Assembly: GCA_031421935.1 (NCBI GenBank)
Contig: JANOPQ010000074.1
Location: forward strand, 8,296-72,295
From: Bacteroidota bacterium
Lineage (GTDB): Bacteria > Bacteroidota > Bacteroidia > AKYH767-A > OLB10
Direction of reading: 5' to 3'
DNA length: 64,000 nucleotides
The position numbers were made by a program, and so were the translations under genes. Shown here piece after piece: positions 10,420-19,731 of this stretch (positions are counted from its first letter, which is position 1; the number at the start of each line of letters is the position of its first letter). The notes below the pieces were generated by a model. It searched no databases. It was not told the DNA's origin and saw only the letters and a list, made by a program, of their open reading frames with translations.

Positions 10420-10995
10420 TTATTTTTTGTTTTCTTCTTCTCCTTGAGCGAAGTTTTCGAAATTGCTTGCTTGATTAATTACAGACCCAACCGAACTATA
10501 TAGCTGTGTTCCTTCCTTTGTAATTTTCTTTACACGGTAGTAGGCAAATCCTGCTGGTGGCTTCTGGTCAATCCAAGAATAGTAAAGTTCAATTTCAGAA
10601 CCGATACCTTCTTTGATTCCTGCCGATTTGAATTCTCTTCCATCAGAAGATCTTTCAATAATATATACGCAATCTTCGGATTCATTTTTAGAAGTCCAAC
10701 TCACAAACACTTTACCGCTGTTATATACGGTATTGTAATTATGAATATTTACTTCCAGTTGACTGCTTGCCATATTCATGGGTGCACTATTTTGCATAGT
10801 GCTTTGCGCCATTCCTGTTCCAGCTACAGCCATTAATAAAATAAATACAATGGTTTCAATCAAGAATAAGAACTTGAAGGCAGAACCTTTTTGCTCATCG
10901 CGATTATAATAACGCTTGGGCTTGTTGTACATCATCATTCTGTTTTCGCGAATGGTTTTGTAGAAATCTTCGTTGTGTGCTTGGTGATTCATCAT
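10420..10995 (-). CDS. Single-pass membrane protein with an extracytoplasmic Fn3-like module; function unknown
   Basis: 191-aa ORF with one hydrophobic helix (FKFLFLIETIVFILLMAVAGTGMAQS) followed by VFVSWTSKNESEDCVYIIERSSDGREF..YYRVKKITKEGT. The true start may be an internal Met (MMMYNKPK..). Same strand as the giant PKD gene and 51 bp upstream of it. Confidence 0.65.
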   Translation of the reverse strand: MMNHQAHNEDFYKTIRENRMMMYNKPKRYYNRDEQKGSAFKFLFLIETIVFILLMAVAGTGMAQSTMQNSAPMNMASSQLEVNIHNYNTVYNSGKVFVSWTSKNESEDCVYIIERSSDGREFKSAGIKEGIGSEIELYYSWIDQKPPAGFAYYRVKKITKEGTQLYSSVGSVINQASNFENFAQGEEENKK

Positions 10996-11314
10996 ATTTT
11001 AATATTTTGATCAGTGTCAATTTACATGCATCTATACGTTGAAGTAGGGGGTATAGGTTACATTTCTGTCATTTGTAAGAAATTTCTAGATTTTTACCTT
11101 TTTTTGGACCTAAACCGTACTTAAAATAGGGGCTTTGTGAATGTTTTTAGGACAGATTCGCTTTTCTGATATACGTGTTTCTGGTATTCGGGTTTCAAAA
11201 ATTCGAATCCATAAGCTTTTTTATTTGACTTTTTATTGGGTATAACCTTTCTATGACCTCTTGCGTATTAAGAAGGACAAACTAGATATGTAATCTTATA
11301 AATTAGCCCAACAC

Positions 11315-12772
11315 ATGGAAATTTTAAGCAAGACGATTAAGAAGCTTACCGAAGAGGAGTACCAGCAACTATTGCAAGAAGTCTCAGGGAAGAAGAAGAA
11401 TAAACCTTTTTTAGTACTTGAAACCACACGCGAACGTGAAGTAGAGGATAGTGAAATGATGGAAATTTTGCAGGTGAACCCAAGTGCATATTATACACTG
11501 AAGTCAAGACTAAATTCAAAAATTGCATCTATACTTAGTAAGAAAGTTCAGAACCCCATTCAAACATTAATGGATGAGGTTTCACGCGTACCTGCGCATC
11601 TGTTTGGGAATAATCGTGAGTTTTCTGTACGTGCTTTAAAGGAATTAGAAAAGCAACTCATCGAGTATGACTTGAATGCAGAGCTGATTTTAGTTTACAA
11701 AACATTAGCACAATTACATCTTCACTCAGAAGAATTCGATAGCTACGAAACGAAGTTTAATAAGCATGTTGCTTTTTCATTGGCTGTTTCTAAAGCGGAA
11801 GGATTATTTTTTCGATTTATAAAAAAATTGGGCGTTTATCAATTGAATGGTCAAGAATCGGATTTGGAAGAAGTAATCTTGATGAAACGTGAGTTAAGTA
11901 ATATTTGCGAGTTGTATGAATCCCATCGTTTGTATGTATTATACAACATTGCGCACATCTATTACTTATGTACAGTTCCGCACAAGCAAGATGGATTAAA
12001 ATCCCGCGAACTTGAAATAGAAGCTGTATTGCAACGAATGACTCAAATTTTCGAAAGCTATCCTATGGATACTTTTTATCAGAATATTAAATGCATTCCT
12101 GATTTGTTGTATTTTGAATATTATATACGCACAGGTAATATTGTTCGTGCCGATTATTATATCCAACGTGTGCATCAAAATTTACCTGATTTGACTGAGA
12201 AACATATGATGAATTTTTTCGTTGTGCAGTTTTTGAAATCAAAGGTGATGAAGTTTCAAATCGATGGTAACCTCGAGCACCTTCAACATTATGCGGATCA
12301 ACTTGAAAAGTATAGCGACATAAATATTGAAGAAGCCTATCATTACATAAGCACGAAGCGATTTTTAGCCATCGTTAAGTTTTACCAACGCGATTATCAT
12401 GGATCGGCAAGGAAAATAAATGAGTTGAGAAATCAAATGTCGTTAAAGCATTACTTATTTACTGATATCGATGCTAAGTTATTCCAAGCTTTACAATATT
12501 GTATTTTGGGAGATGATAGCTTGTGCATGCAAATCATTTCTAGTTTGAAGCGACAAATCAGAGAGCAGGATGCAGAGTATGAATCCGCGCGCTATATGAT
12601 GAAGCTTTTGAAAACAGCTTTGAAGCCTGCAGATTATAGACGAAAGGTAAAGCGCATCGCCGAAATGTGGACAGAATTTGATTCATTGAATAATGGAACG
12701 TATCAAGTGTTGTCATATGTTAAAGTAGATGATACCATCATTCGAAAAATGAGTAATCCAATTAAAGATTAA
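11315..12772 (+). CDS. Hypothetical all-helical protein (possible N-terminal HTH, helical-repeat body); possible regulator
   Basis: 485-aa ORF with no TM segment or signal peptide. Its long clean frame is followed by a strong terminator. N-terminal segment EMMEILQVNPSAYYTLKSRLNSKIASIL resembles a helix-turn-helix. No family recognised. Confidence 0.7.
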   Translation: MEILSKTIKKLTEEEYQQLLQEVSGKKKNKPFLVLETTREREVEDSEMMEILQVNPSAYYTLKSRLNSKIASILSKKVQNPIQTLMDEVSRVPAHLFGNNREFSVRALKELEKQLIEYDLNAELILVYKTLAQLHLHSEEFDSYETKFNKHVAFSLAVSKAEGLFFRFIKKLGVYQLNGQESDLEEVILMKRELSNICELYESHRLYVLYNIAHIYYLCTVPHKQDGLKSRELEIEAVLQRMTQIFESYPMDTFYQNIKCIPDLLYFEYYIRTGNIVRADYYIQRVHQNLPDLTEKHMMNFFVVQFLKSKVMKFQIDGNLEHLQHYADQLEKYSDINIEEAYHYISTKRFLAIVKFYQRDYHGSARKINELRNQMSLKHYLFTDIDAKLFQALQYCILGDDSLCMQIISSLKRQIREQDAEYESARYMMKLLKTALKPADYRRKVKRIAEMWTEFDSLNNGTYQVLSYVKVDDTIIRKMSNPIKD

Positions 12773-12818
12773 AATAATCATTAATTTAAATTGCTCAGGT
12801 CTAAGCCGAAGCAATAAC

Positions 12819-12851
12819 AAAAACGGCCGCATAAATTATGCAGCCGTTTTT
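12819..12851. terminator. Bidirectional intrinsic terminator between convergent genes
   Basis: aaaaACGGCCGCATaaattATGCAGCCGTtttt: 10-bp stem with one mismatch, A-run on the left and T-run on the right. It lies between the stop at 12772 (+) and the stop at 12867 (-). Confidence 0.75.
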
Positions 12852-12866
12852 ATTATGTATAAGATT

Positions 12867-13262
12867 TTATAAACTTATTGCGTCGAGATACTTTTCACTC
12901 AAGGGCTTGTTCACATACTTAAATACATGTGAGTTGGTAGAAGCCTTATTGATGTCGTCAGGAGAAATGGATGAAGATAAAACTACAATCTTGGAAAATG
13001 ATTTAATGGCTTCTGGAATTTCTTCGTATTCTATTAAAAATGCGAACCCATCTTTGATGGGCATGTTTAAATCTAAAAAAATAATTTCAGGGTAATCTTG
13101 CTCATTAGAAAGATTCTTCAAAAAGACTAAAGCTGCATCAGCAGAATTTTTTACGATCACTTCAGAAGAAAAACCACTGGACGTGATCATTCGCTCGTTG
13201 ATGAAATTATCGATTTCATTATCGTCAATCAGTAAGACTTTTCGATAGCGATTATTTTTCAT
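12867..13262 (-). CDS. Stand-alone response-regulator receiver domain (CheY-like, no output domain)
   Basis: 131-aa ORF with LLIDDNEID, phospho-acceptor context IIFLDLNMPIKDG, and conserved K in YVNKPL. Confidence 0.9.
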   Translation of the reverse strand: MKNNRYRKVLLIDDNEIDNFINERMITSSGFSSEVIVKNSADAALVFLKNLSNEQDYPEIIFLDLNMPIKDGFAFLIEYEEIPEAIKSFSKIVVLSSSISPDDINKASTNSHVFKYVNKPLSEKYLDAISL

Positions 13263-13286
13263 CCTTTTATTTCTTCAAGCGTTTGG

Positions 13287-13359
13287 TGGTGATGGGCGGA
13301 ATCGAACCGTCGACACAAGGATTTTCAGTCCTTTGCTCTACCAACTGAGCTACATCACC
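13287..13359 (-). tRNA. tRNA-Phe (anticodon GAA); CCA is also encoded at 13284-13286
   Basis: Minus strand reads GGTGATGTAGCTCAGTTGGTAGAGCAAAGGACTGAAAATCCTTGTGTCGACGGTTCGATTCCGCCCATCACCA(CCA). Acceptor stem is GGTGATG/CATCACC, anticodon loop CTGAAAA, T-loop GGTTCGATTCC. Confidence 0.95.
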
Positions 13360-13372
13360 TTCTAGGAGCGTG

Positions 13373-13401
13373 CAAAAGTAAGACATTTTTGCAAAAAACA
13401 A
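13373..13401 (-). promoter_or_regulatory. Candidate Bacteroidota sigma-A promoter for tRNA-Phe (-33 TTG, -7 TACTTTTG)
   Basis: Minus strand reads ccTTGttttttgcaaaaatgtctTACTTTTGcacgctcctagaa followed by the tRNA 5' end. The -7 box is a perfect TAnnTTTG 13 nt upstream of the mature 5' end. Confidence 0.5.
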
Positions 13402-13597
13402 GGTCATTCCACATGTCTTTCTATTATTCTTTGAAAATTATATAAATCAGATAGATAGAATGATATTCTATTGTTTTCCATAAAATCTTCTTCTTTTTAA
13501 GTTTAAAAGAATGGCTTTTTGAAAAGTTTTAGCGCTTAGGATTCTCACTTATTCATCTTTCAACTCTTATTAGCGCTCTTTATCTTAATATTGCTGT

Positions 13598-14323
13598 ATG
13601 AATCTGGCAATAGATATTGGCAACTCAGCGGTAAAATACGGTGTTTTTAAACAAGATAAACTAACATCAGCTGGTGTTTTTCAAGGTGCCGATTTTTCAA
13701 AACTGAAGGAAATTATAGCTGCAAATGAAATTATACATATTATATATTCTACAGTAACGGAAATCCCCGCTGATTTAAAAACTATTTTGAATGATTTCTC
13801 CTCTGTAATTGAGTTGCAACTGGATACTCCTTTACCTATTCAAAATAAGTATTTCACGCCTGAAACGCTCGGGAAAGATCGATTGGCAAATGTATGTGGA
13901 GCTTTGACCATTTTTCCAGGAAAAGATGTTTTAGTAATTGACGTGGGTACTTGTTTGAAATATGATAATCTTACTTCAGATGGAAGTTATTTAGGTGGAG
14001 CTATTTCTCCTGGTATGCGAATGAGATTCAAAGCTTTAAATGAACAAACGGCTCAATTACCATTAATTTCACCACAATTGGAACCTCGAATTATTGGAAG
14101 AAACACGGAAGAGTCTATTTTATCTGGTGTGATGAACGGAATGATCGCCGAAATAAATGATGTTATTTGGCAATACAAGAATTTATATCCACGTTTAGAA
14201 ACCATTCTGACAGGAGGCGATGCGAATTTCTTTTTAAATCAGTTCAAATCCCGCATCTTTGCGGCCCCACATCTTACTTTAATGGGATTAAATAGTATCG
14301 TATTGAATCTTCCACATGAATAG
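13598..14323 (+). CDS. coaX: Type III pantothenate kinase
   Basis: 241-aa ORF with N-terminal MNLAIDIGNSAVKYGVF, GKDR, DVGT and TGGDA motifs. Confidence 0.9.
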   Translation: MNLAIDIGNSAVKYGVFKQDKLTSAGVFQGADFSKLKEIIAANEIIHIIYSTVTEIPADLKTILNDFSSVIELQLDTPLPIQNKYFTPETLGKDRLANVCGALTIFPGKDVLVIDVGTCLKYDNLTSDGSYLGGAISPGMRMRFKALNEQTAQLPLISPQLEPRIIGRNTEESILSGVMNGMIAEINDVIWQYKNLYPRLETILTGGDANFFLNQFKSRIFAAPHLTLMGLNSIVLNLPHE

Positions 14324-15587
14324 AAATAAATTATTGATAGTTAGCTTGTTGATTTTGGCATTGCCATCATTCGGGTTCGCACAAACAAGTAGCGTTTCAC
14401 CTTATTCTCGATTCGGTCCCGGTGATTTACTTTTTAAAGGATTTTCTCATCAAAGAGGAATGGGTGGAACTTCAATTGCAGAGACCAACGTTTCTCGTCT
14501 CAATTTCTCTAATCCTGCCAGCTATGCTTATGACTCCTTGATGGTTTTTGAGATTGGTTTAAGCGGTGAAAGAATATGGCTCGATCAAGGTGATTTAAGC
14601 AGTAAGAAATGGAATGCGAAATTGGAATATTTAGTAATTGGTCTTCCTTTAGTTCGTAATAAAATGGGATTAGCCTTTGGATTTATTCCGTTTAGTGGAA
14701 CGGGTTACGATATTGAATCATCAACCACCATTGATTCTTCAAATGTATTGTCAACATCTTATAAGGGAGCCGGAGGATACAATCGTTATTTCATTGGAAC
14801 AGGTATAAAGCTCACACCGAAATTAGCATTGGGAATTAATGCTTCTTATTTATTTGGATCACTAGAACAAAGTAGAGTCGCCAAGTATTCAAATACGGAT
14901 TATTTTGGAACAAGAATTAAAGACAATACTTCCATTGGGGATTTTATGTTTGATGCGGGATTGAATTTTAAAACACCTCTTAAAAAGGGATATACATTAA
15001 GCTTGGGTGCTACAGCTAGCATTTCACAGCAGTTGAAAGCCAACAGAACTTTGTTATGGGAAAACTTTAAATTAAATTCCCTCGGAATTGATTTTTCTCG
15101 AGATACCATCGAATATAAAGAAAAGGAACATGGTGAAATAGTGCTGCCTTTATCATTAGGATTTGGAATGCAACTCGCGAAAGATGAAAAATGGTTGATT
15201 CAATCAGATATTCGATACACTGAGTGGAGTTCGTATGAATCTTTTAAAGGAAAAGATAGCTTGAAAAATACGTTTCGTGTTTCGCTTGGAGGACAGTTTG
15301 CTCGCGATCCCCGTGGGACAAGTTTCGGACAAAGAATTCAATATCGTGCTGGAATCTATTATGGTACTTCATTCCTAAATATTCGTAACAATACACTCGT
15401 TGATCAAGGTGTTAGTATTGGTTTCGGATTACCTATTCGTAAAGCTTTTCAATCGATGGTTAACATAGCAATTGAAGCTGGGCAAATGGGTACTTTGGAT
15501 GATAATTTGATACGCGAGCGATACATTAGAGCGGTTATAGGACTCACTTTTAATGAAGTTTGGTTCCAAAAACGTCGTTTCGATTAA
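14316..15587 (+). CDS. Outer-membrane beta-barrel protein of unknown function (porin/FadL-like)
   Basis: 423-aa ORF with signal peptide ..LALPSFGFAQ, N-terminal SPYSRFGPGDL motif, alternating-strand pattern and C-terminal aromatic-rich strand. Overlaps the coaX stop by 8 nt. Confidence 0.75.
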   Translation: MNRNKLLIVSLLILALPSFGFAQTSSVSPYSRFGPGDLLFKGFSHQRGMGGTSIAETNVSRLNFSNPASYAYDSLMVFEIGLSGERIWLDQGDLSSKKWNAKLEYLVIGLPLVRNKMGLAFGFIPFSGTGYDIESSTTIDSSNVLSTSYKGAGGYNRYFIGTGIKLTPKLALGINASYLFGSLEQSRVAKYSNTDYFGTRIKDNTSIGDFMFDAGLNFKTPLKKGYTLSLGATASISQQLKANRTLLWENFKLNSLGIDFSRDTIEYKEKEHGEIVLPLSLGFGMQLAKDEKWLIQSDIRYTEWSSYESFKGKDSLKNTFRVSLGGQFARDPRGTSFGQRIQYRAGIYYGTSFLNIRNNTLVDQGVSIGFGLPIRKAFQSMVNIAIEAGQMGTLDDNLIRERYIRAVIGLTFNEVWFQKRRFD

Positions 15588-16162
15588 TGAAATCTCCGTC
15601 TAATTTTATTCAATTTTTCAATGGTAGAGCTGTCAAATCACTTTTTTTATTAGTTTTAGGTGTTCAACTGGTATCCTGTGAAAATGATCAGGCTGAAATA
15701 AAGCGAGTAACTAATATTTCTAAGGAGCCTATTGAACACATTAAAGGATTAGAAATATTATATAGTGATTCTGGAATGGTAAGGGTAAAGGTGAATTCTC
15801 CTGAGCTAAAAAAATTAGTTTTTCCAGAGCCAATCACAGAAATGCCTGCGGGGATTCACATTCAATTTTATGATGAATCGAAAAAAGTAACCTCGGAATT
15901 AAGAGCTAAGTATGCTATTCATTACGAAAATGAAAGTAAGTGGGAGGCCCAAAAGGATGTGGTTGTCATCAATGAAAAAGGCGACCAATTAAATACGGAG
16001 AAATTAGTTTGGAATGAGCGGGAAGAGAAGTTGACCAGTGATGAACATGTTAAAATTACCACGGCTGAAGAGATCATTTATGGAAAAGGTTTTGAAGCCA
16101 ATCAAGATTTTAGCAGATATAAAATTTTTAATGTGAAAGGAAGAATAACAGTAAAAAAGTAA
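15587..16162 (+). CDS. lptC: LptC-like periplasmic LPS-export protein (OstA-like fold)
   Basis: The ORF track gives 15560..16162. I prefer the ATG at 15587, which forms a TAATG overlap with the upstream stop and gives MKSPSNFIQFF. N-terminal anchor followed by a beta-rich body (MVRVKVNSPELKK..HVKITTAEEIIYGKGFE). Call rests on pattern and context. Confidence 0.6.
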   Translation: MKSPSNFIQFFNGRAVKSLFLLVLGVQLVSCENDQAEIKRVTNISKEPIEHIKGLEILYSDSGMVRVKVNSPELKKLVFPEPITEMPAGIHIQFYDESKKVTSELRAKYAIHYENESKWEAQKDVVVINEKGDQLNTEKLVWNEREEKLTSDEHVKITTAEEIIYGKGFEANQDFSRYKIFNVKGRITVKK

Positions 16163-16357
16163 GTGTCCAATATGTTGAAGGTGTTAGAATATTCTTGGCT
16201 TTTCATCATGCTTTTAGGAGCCTCGTTTGGCACTTATAAGTGTATGGCCGAAAATATTTCTTCCGCCATATGGTTTTTTATTCTTGCTGGAGTGGCTTGC
16301 GTTTTTTGGATCGTTCGTCGAAACCAAAGAATTCGGATTCAGAAAAAGATTCGATAA
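16163..16357 (+). CDS. Small two-TM membrane protein, hypothetical
   Basis: 64-aa ORF with a GTG start immediately after the lptC-like stop. Two hydrophobic helices and a basic C-terminus. Confidence 0.45.
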   Translation: MSNMLKVLEYSWLFIMLLGASFGTYKCMAENISSAIWFFILAGVACVFWIVRRNQRIRIQKKIR

Positions 16358-16521
16358 TTCTTGTCTTTAGCGGTCATTTATACCCTTAATTCCATTATTC
16401 TTTCCATTCCAAAATAGATTGTTGGATTTCAGCTATTTACTTTTGAGTATCTGTGAAATAAGTTTTTAGCCTTCAAGAAAGCTTCGTATATTCGCAGCCT
16501 TAAATTAGAAATAATAGAGTT

Positions 16522-18612
16522 ATGGCAGTAATTGAAAAAATCAGAGGCAAAGCAAATTTATTGTTAGTTTTTGTGGGCTTTAGCCTTGTAGCATTCATTT
16601 TAGGTGATTTTTTTTCATCTAATAATGGAATGAGTAGCAGTGATGCTAATATCGGTGAAATAGACGGTAAGAAGGTCAATGTGATGGACTTTGAAGAAAA
16701 GGTCCAGGTACAATTGGATAATTATAAACTTCAAAGTAATTCTGATAACGTTGATCAGAATACCACCGAGCAAATTCGCGAGCAAACTTGGAACCAGTTG
16801 ATCAATGAAATGGTCTTGACTCCTCAGTATGAGAAGTTGGGAATTACTTGCTCTCCAAAGGAACTCTTGGATATGGTCCAAGGAAAAAACCCGCATCCTC
16901 AAGTTAAGCAAGCATTTACAGACCCTAAAACAGGCGTATTTAATCCAGCGAACGTATCCAATTTTTTAAAGAACATGGATAATGACCAAACGGGTAAAAC
17001 ACGTCAGCAATGGGTCGTTTTTGAAAAAGCGATTCGTGAAGAACGTATTCAACAAAAATATTACAACCTCATCAAGCAAGGATTGTACATTTCAAAAGCA
17101 GAAGCTAAAGATGATTTCTTCAATAGAATGAAGACAGCTTCTGTTCGATATGTGACTTTAAATTATGCTTCTATTCCTGATACTACCATTGAAGTTACCG
17201 ATGCAGAATTGAAAACGTTGTACAATGCAACGATGAAGAAGTATAAGCAAGAAGCGTCTGCAAATATTGATTATGTAACGTTTGAAGTTTTTCCAAGTGA
17301 TGTGGATCGCCAAGCGGCTATGTTTTCAATTAACAAATTAACAGAAGAGTTTAAAGCAACTGATAATGATTCGATGTTTGTTGCATTGAATAGTGATTCT
17401 CCTTTTAACCCTGCTTTCAATAAAAAAGGAACGTTGCCTTTAAATATTGATTCGATTATGTTCTCCGCTCCTGTTGGTTTTGTATTGGGACCTTATATGG
17501 AGAACAATATCTATAAACTAGCTAAAGTTTCTGCCGTGAAGATGCTTCCAGATTCTGTGAAAGCCTCTCATATTTTGTTAAAGATGGATCCTGCTAAGAA
17601 GGATGCCATATTAGCAACGGCAGATAGTATTAAAACTGCATTGAAAGGAGGAGCTAACTTTGCTATTCTAGCTTTTCAATATTCTACCGATGAAGGTTCG
17701 AAAATTAAAGGTGGTGACTTAGGATGGTTTTCTCCAGGGATGATGGTTGCTGAATTTAATGATGCTTGTTTTAATGGAGCAAAAGGTGATTATACGATTG
17801 TAGAATCTCAATTTGGAATTCATATCATTCATATCGTTGATCAAGGTAAGCAAGCACGTCAACTTCGTATTGCTTATGTCGACAAAAAAATTGAACCAAG
17901 TTCTAAAACCTATCAAGCGGTATATTCTAAAGCAAATGGATTTGCATCTAAAAATGCAAAAGGGGATGTTTTTGAAAAATCAATTACCGATGAGAAACTT
18001 ACGAAGATGTCAGAGCCTAATATTTTTGAGAACGCACGTCAAATAGGTCCGATGGAAAATTCTCGTGAGTTAGTTCGATGGGCTTTCACTGCCAAAATAG
18101 GTGAGGTCTCAAAAGCATTTGAATTCGGAAATCGTTTTGTGGTAGCGAAGTTGAATGAAAGAAAGGAAAAGGGATACAGTACACTCGAGCAAATAAAAGA
18201 TCAACTTACCATTGAAGTTCGCCGTGATAAGAAGGCAGCCTTGTTAATTGAAAAATTGAATAAGGGCGGTAACAATTTAGATGCGATTGCAACTGCTAAC
18301 GGACAAGCTGTTCAGACTGCAGATAATGTTTCTTTCGCATCGCCTGTTTTCCCAAGTAGTGGTATGGAGCCGTTTGTGGTTGGCTATTTAATGAATGTTA
18401 AAGCCGGACAAGTAACTCCTCCTATAAAGGGAGCAAGTGGCGTATTCGTAGCGCAAGTAGTTTCTTTCGCTGATGTAAAAGAGCCAGCTGATTTAGCTGG
18501 TGAAGCGAAGCAACAATTAAGTTCGCAATTGCAAAATCGTTCACAGTATGAAACTTACAATGCTTTACGCGAAAAAGCGGGAATTGTTGACAGAAGATCT
18601 AAATTTTATTAA
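16522..18612 (+). CDS. Periplasmic chaperone / peptidyl-prolyl isomerase, PpiD/SurA-like
   Basis: 696-aa ORF with an N-terminal membrane anchor and a parvulin domain (ASHILLK..GGDLGWFSPGMMVAEFNDACF..FGIHIIHIVDQ). Confidence 0.85.
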   Translation: MAVIEKIRGKANLLLVFVGFSLVAFILGDFFSSNNGMSSSDANIGEIDGKKVNVMDFEEKVQVQLDNYKLQSNSDNVDQNTTEQIREQTWNQLINEMVLTPQYEKLGITCSPKELLDMVQGKNPHPQVKQAFTDPKTGVFNPANVSNFLKNMDNDQTGKTRQQWVVFEKAIREERIQQKYYNLIKQGLYISKAEAKDDFFNRMKTASVRYVTLNYASIPDTTIEVTDAELKTLYNATMKKYKQEASANIDYVTFEVFPSDVDRQAAMFSINKLTEEFKATDNDSMFVALNSDSPFNPAFNKKGTLPLNIDSIMFSAPVGFVLGPYMENNIYKLAKVSAVKMLPDSVKASHILLKMDPAKKDAILATADSIKTALKGGANFAILAFQYSTDEGSKIKGGDLGWFSPGMMVAEFNDACFNGAKGDYTIVESQFGIHIIHIVDQGKQARQLRIAYVDKKIEPSSKTYQAVYSKANGFASKNAKGDVFEKSITDEKLTKMSEPNIFENARQIGPMENSRELVRWAFTAKIGEVSKAFEFGNRFVVAKLNERKEKGYSTLEQIKDQLTIEVRRDKKAALLIEKLNKGGNNLDAIATANGQAVQTADNVSFASPVFPSSGMEPFVVGYLMNVKAGQVTPPIKGASGVFVAQVVSFADVKEPADLAGEAKQQLSSQLQNRSQYETYNALREKAGIVDRRSKFY

Positions 18613-18633
18613 TAATTAATAAATAATTTGAAG

Positions 18634-18663
18634 AGCCGGGATATTATTCCGGCTTTTCTTTTT
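18634..18663 (+). terminator. Intrinsic terminator after the ppiD-like gene
   Basis: AGCCGG-gatattatt-CCGGCT followed by tttcttttt. Confidence 0.6.
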
Positions 18664-18692
18664 ATGTTCGGACTGTTATTTGATTTTAAGAT

Positions 18693-19727
18693 ATGAACCT
18701 TAAGAAGATTGTACGGGCAAATCATTGTTCGAACTGTGAAACTCCATTACAGGTTGAATCAGATAATTTCTGCCCAAATTGTGGCCAGTTAAACAATACT
18801 AAAAAAGAAACAGCTTTTGGACTTGTAAAAGAATTGGTAGAGGAATTTCTACATCTGGATTCTAAAGTGATTAAAAGTTTAGTGCCTTTGTTGTTCAAGC
18901 CCGGATTTTTAACCGTGGATTATATCAATGGAAAAAGAGCGCGCTATTTTCATCCAGTACGAATGTTTTTGATTGTAACCGTGATTATGTTTATTGTGGG
19001 CGGTTTTTCAAGTAGTAATGAAGATAAGATTTCAAAAAGTAAAAAACAATCTACCACTACCGATTCAAGCCTTGTGAAAAGCGATACATTGAATTTGAAT
19101 ACAGATTCTACTTATACATTCAACACGGAGACGCTAGAGTTCGACCGAGAAGAGAGGAAGTCGGGAATTAACAATGCAAATTTTTATTGGTCATTTGGTT
19201 CTGTGAAGATACAGCGCGATACCCTGCAACGCTATTTGGATCAAGGAATAATCAATCCATCTGCATTGATGGATACATTTAAAATTGAAAAGACTTTTTT
19301 CAATACCATTTTTTTTAGTCAAGCTATCAAATCGCAATTGGCAGGGAAGGAAAAAATATTAGACTACTACAAGCATAAATTGCCTTGGTTGCTGTTTTCG
19401 CTTATGCCCGTATTTGCATTTGTCTTGTACCTGTTTTATATCCGACGAAAAATTTTCTTTGTTGATCATCTCATTTTTGCATTTCATTTGCATACTGCCA
19501 CATTTCTAATTAATACCATACAAGACTTAATCACTTGGTTGACTCCAATAAATGCAGATATTTTAAGTTATTACATTCCTATTTATTACTTCATCTCTCT
19601 GAAAAAAGTGTATGGTCAATCCATCCCTAAAACAATTTTTAAAGGAATTGGGATTGGATTCTTTTATATAATAGTTGGATTTTTAGTCCTGTTATTAGTA
19701 GCCGGACTTATGTTTTTAATGATCTAA
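18693..19727 (+). CDS. Zinc-ribbon membrane protein, DUF3667-like
   Basis: 344-aa ORF with N-terminal CSNCETPL..FCPNCGQ zinc ribbon, a YFHPVRMFL motif and several TM helices. Confidence 0.7.
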   Translation: MNLKKIVRANHCSNCETPLQVESDNFCPNCGQLNNTKKETAFGLVKELVEEFLHLDSKVIKSLVPLLFKPGFLTVDYINGKRARYFHPVRMFLIVTVIMFIVGGFSSSNEDKISKSKKQSTTTDSSLVKSDTLNLNTDSTYTFNTETLEFDREERKSGINNANFYWSFGSVKIQRDTLQRYLDQGIINPSALMDTFKIEKTFFNTIFFSQAIKSQLAGKEKILDYYKHKLPWLLFSLMPVFAFVLYLFYIRRKIFFVDHLIFAFHLHTATFLINTIQDLITWLTPINADILSYYIPIYYFISLKKVYGQSIPKTIFKGIGIGFFYIIVGFLVLLLVAGLMFLMI

Positions 19728-19731
19728 AAAA

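Noticed and set aside
12838-13095. 85-aa plus-strand ORF opposite the receiver-domain gene
   Set aside because: It starts inside the bidirectional terminator hairpin and runs antisense to a well-supported CheY-like frame, so it is a shadow ORF.
3774-13359. Genomic island integrated at tRNA-Phe
   Set aside because: The locus does sit on the 3' side of the tRNA. However, I saw no integrase or recombinase gene, no direct repeat of the tRNA 3' end elsewhere in the window, and no obvious compositional break. The island interpretation is unsupported.
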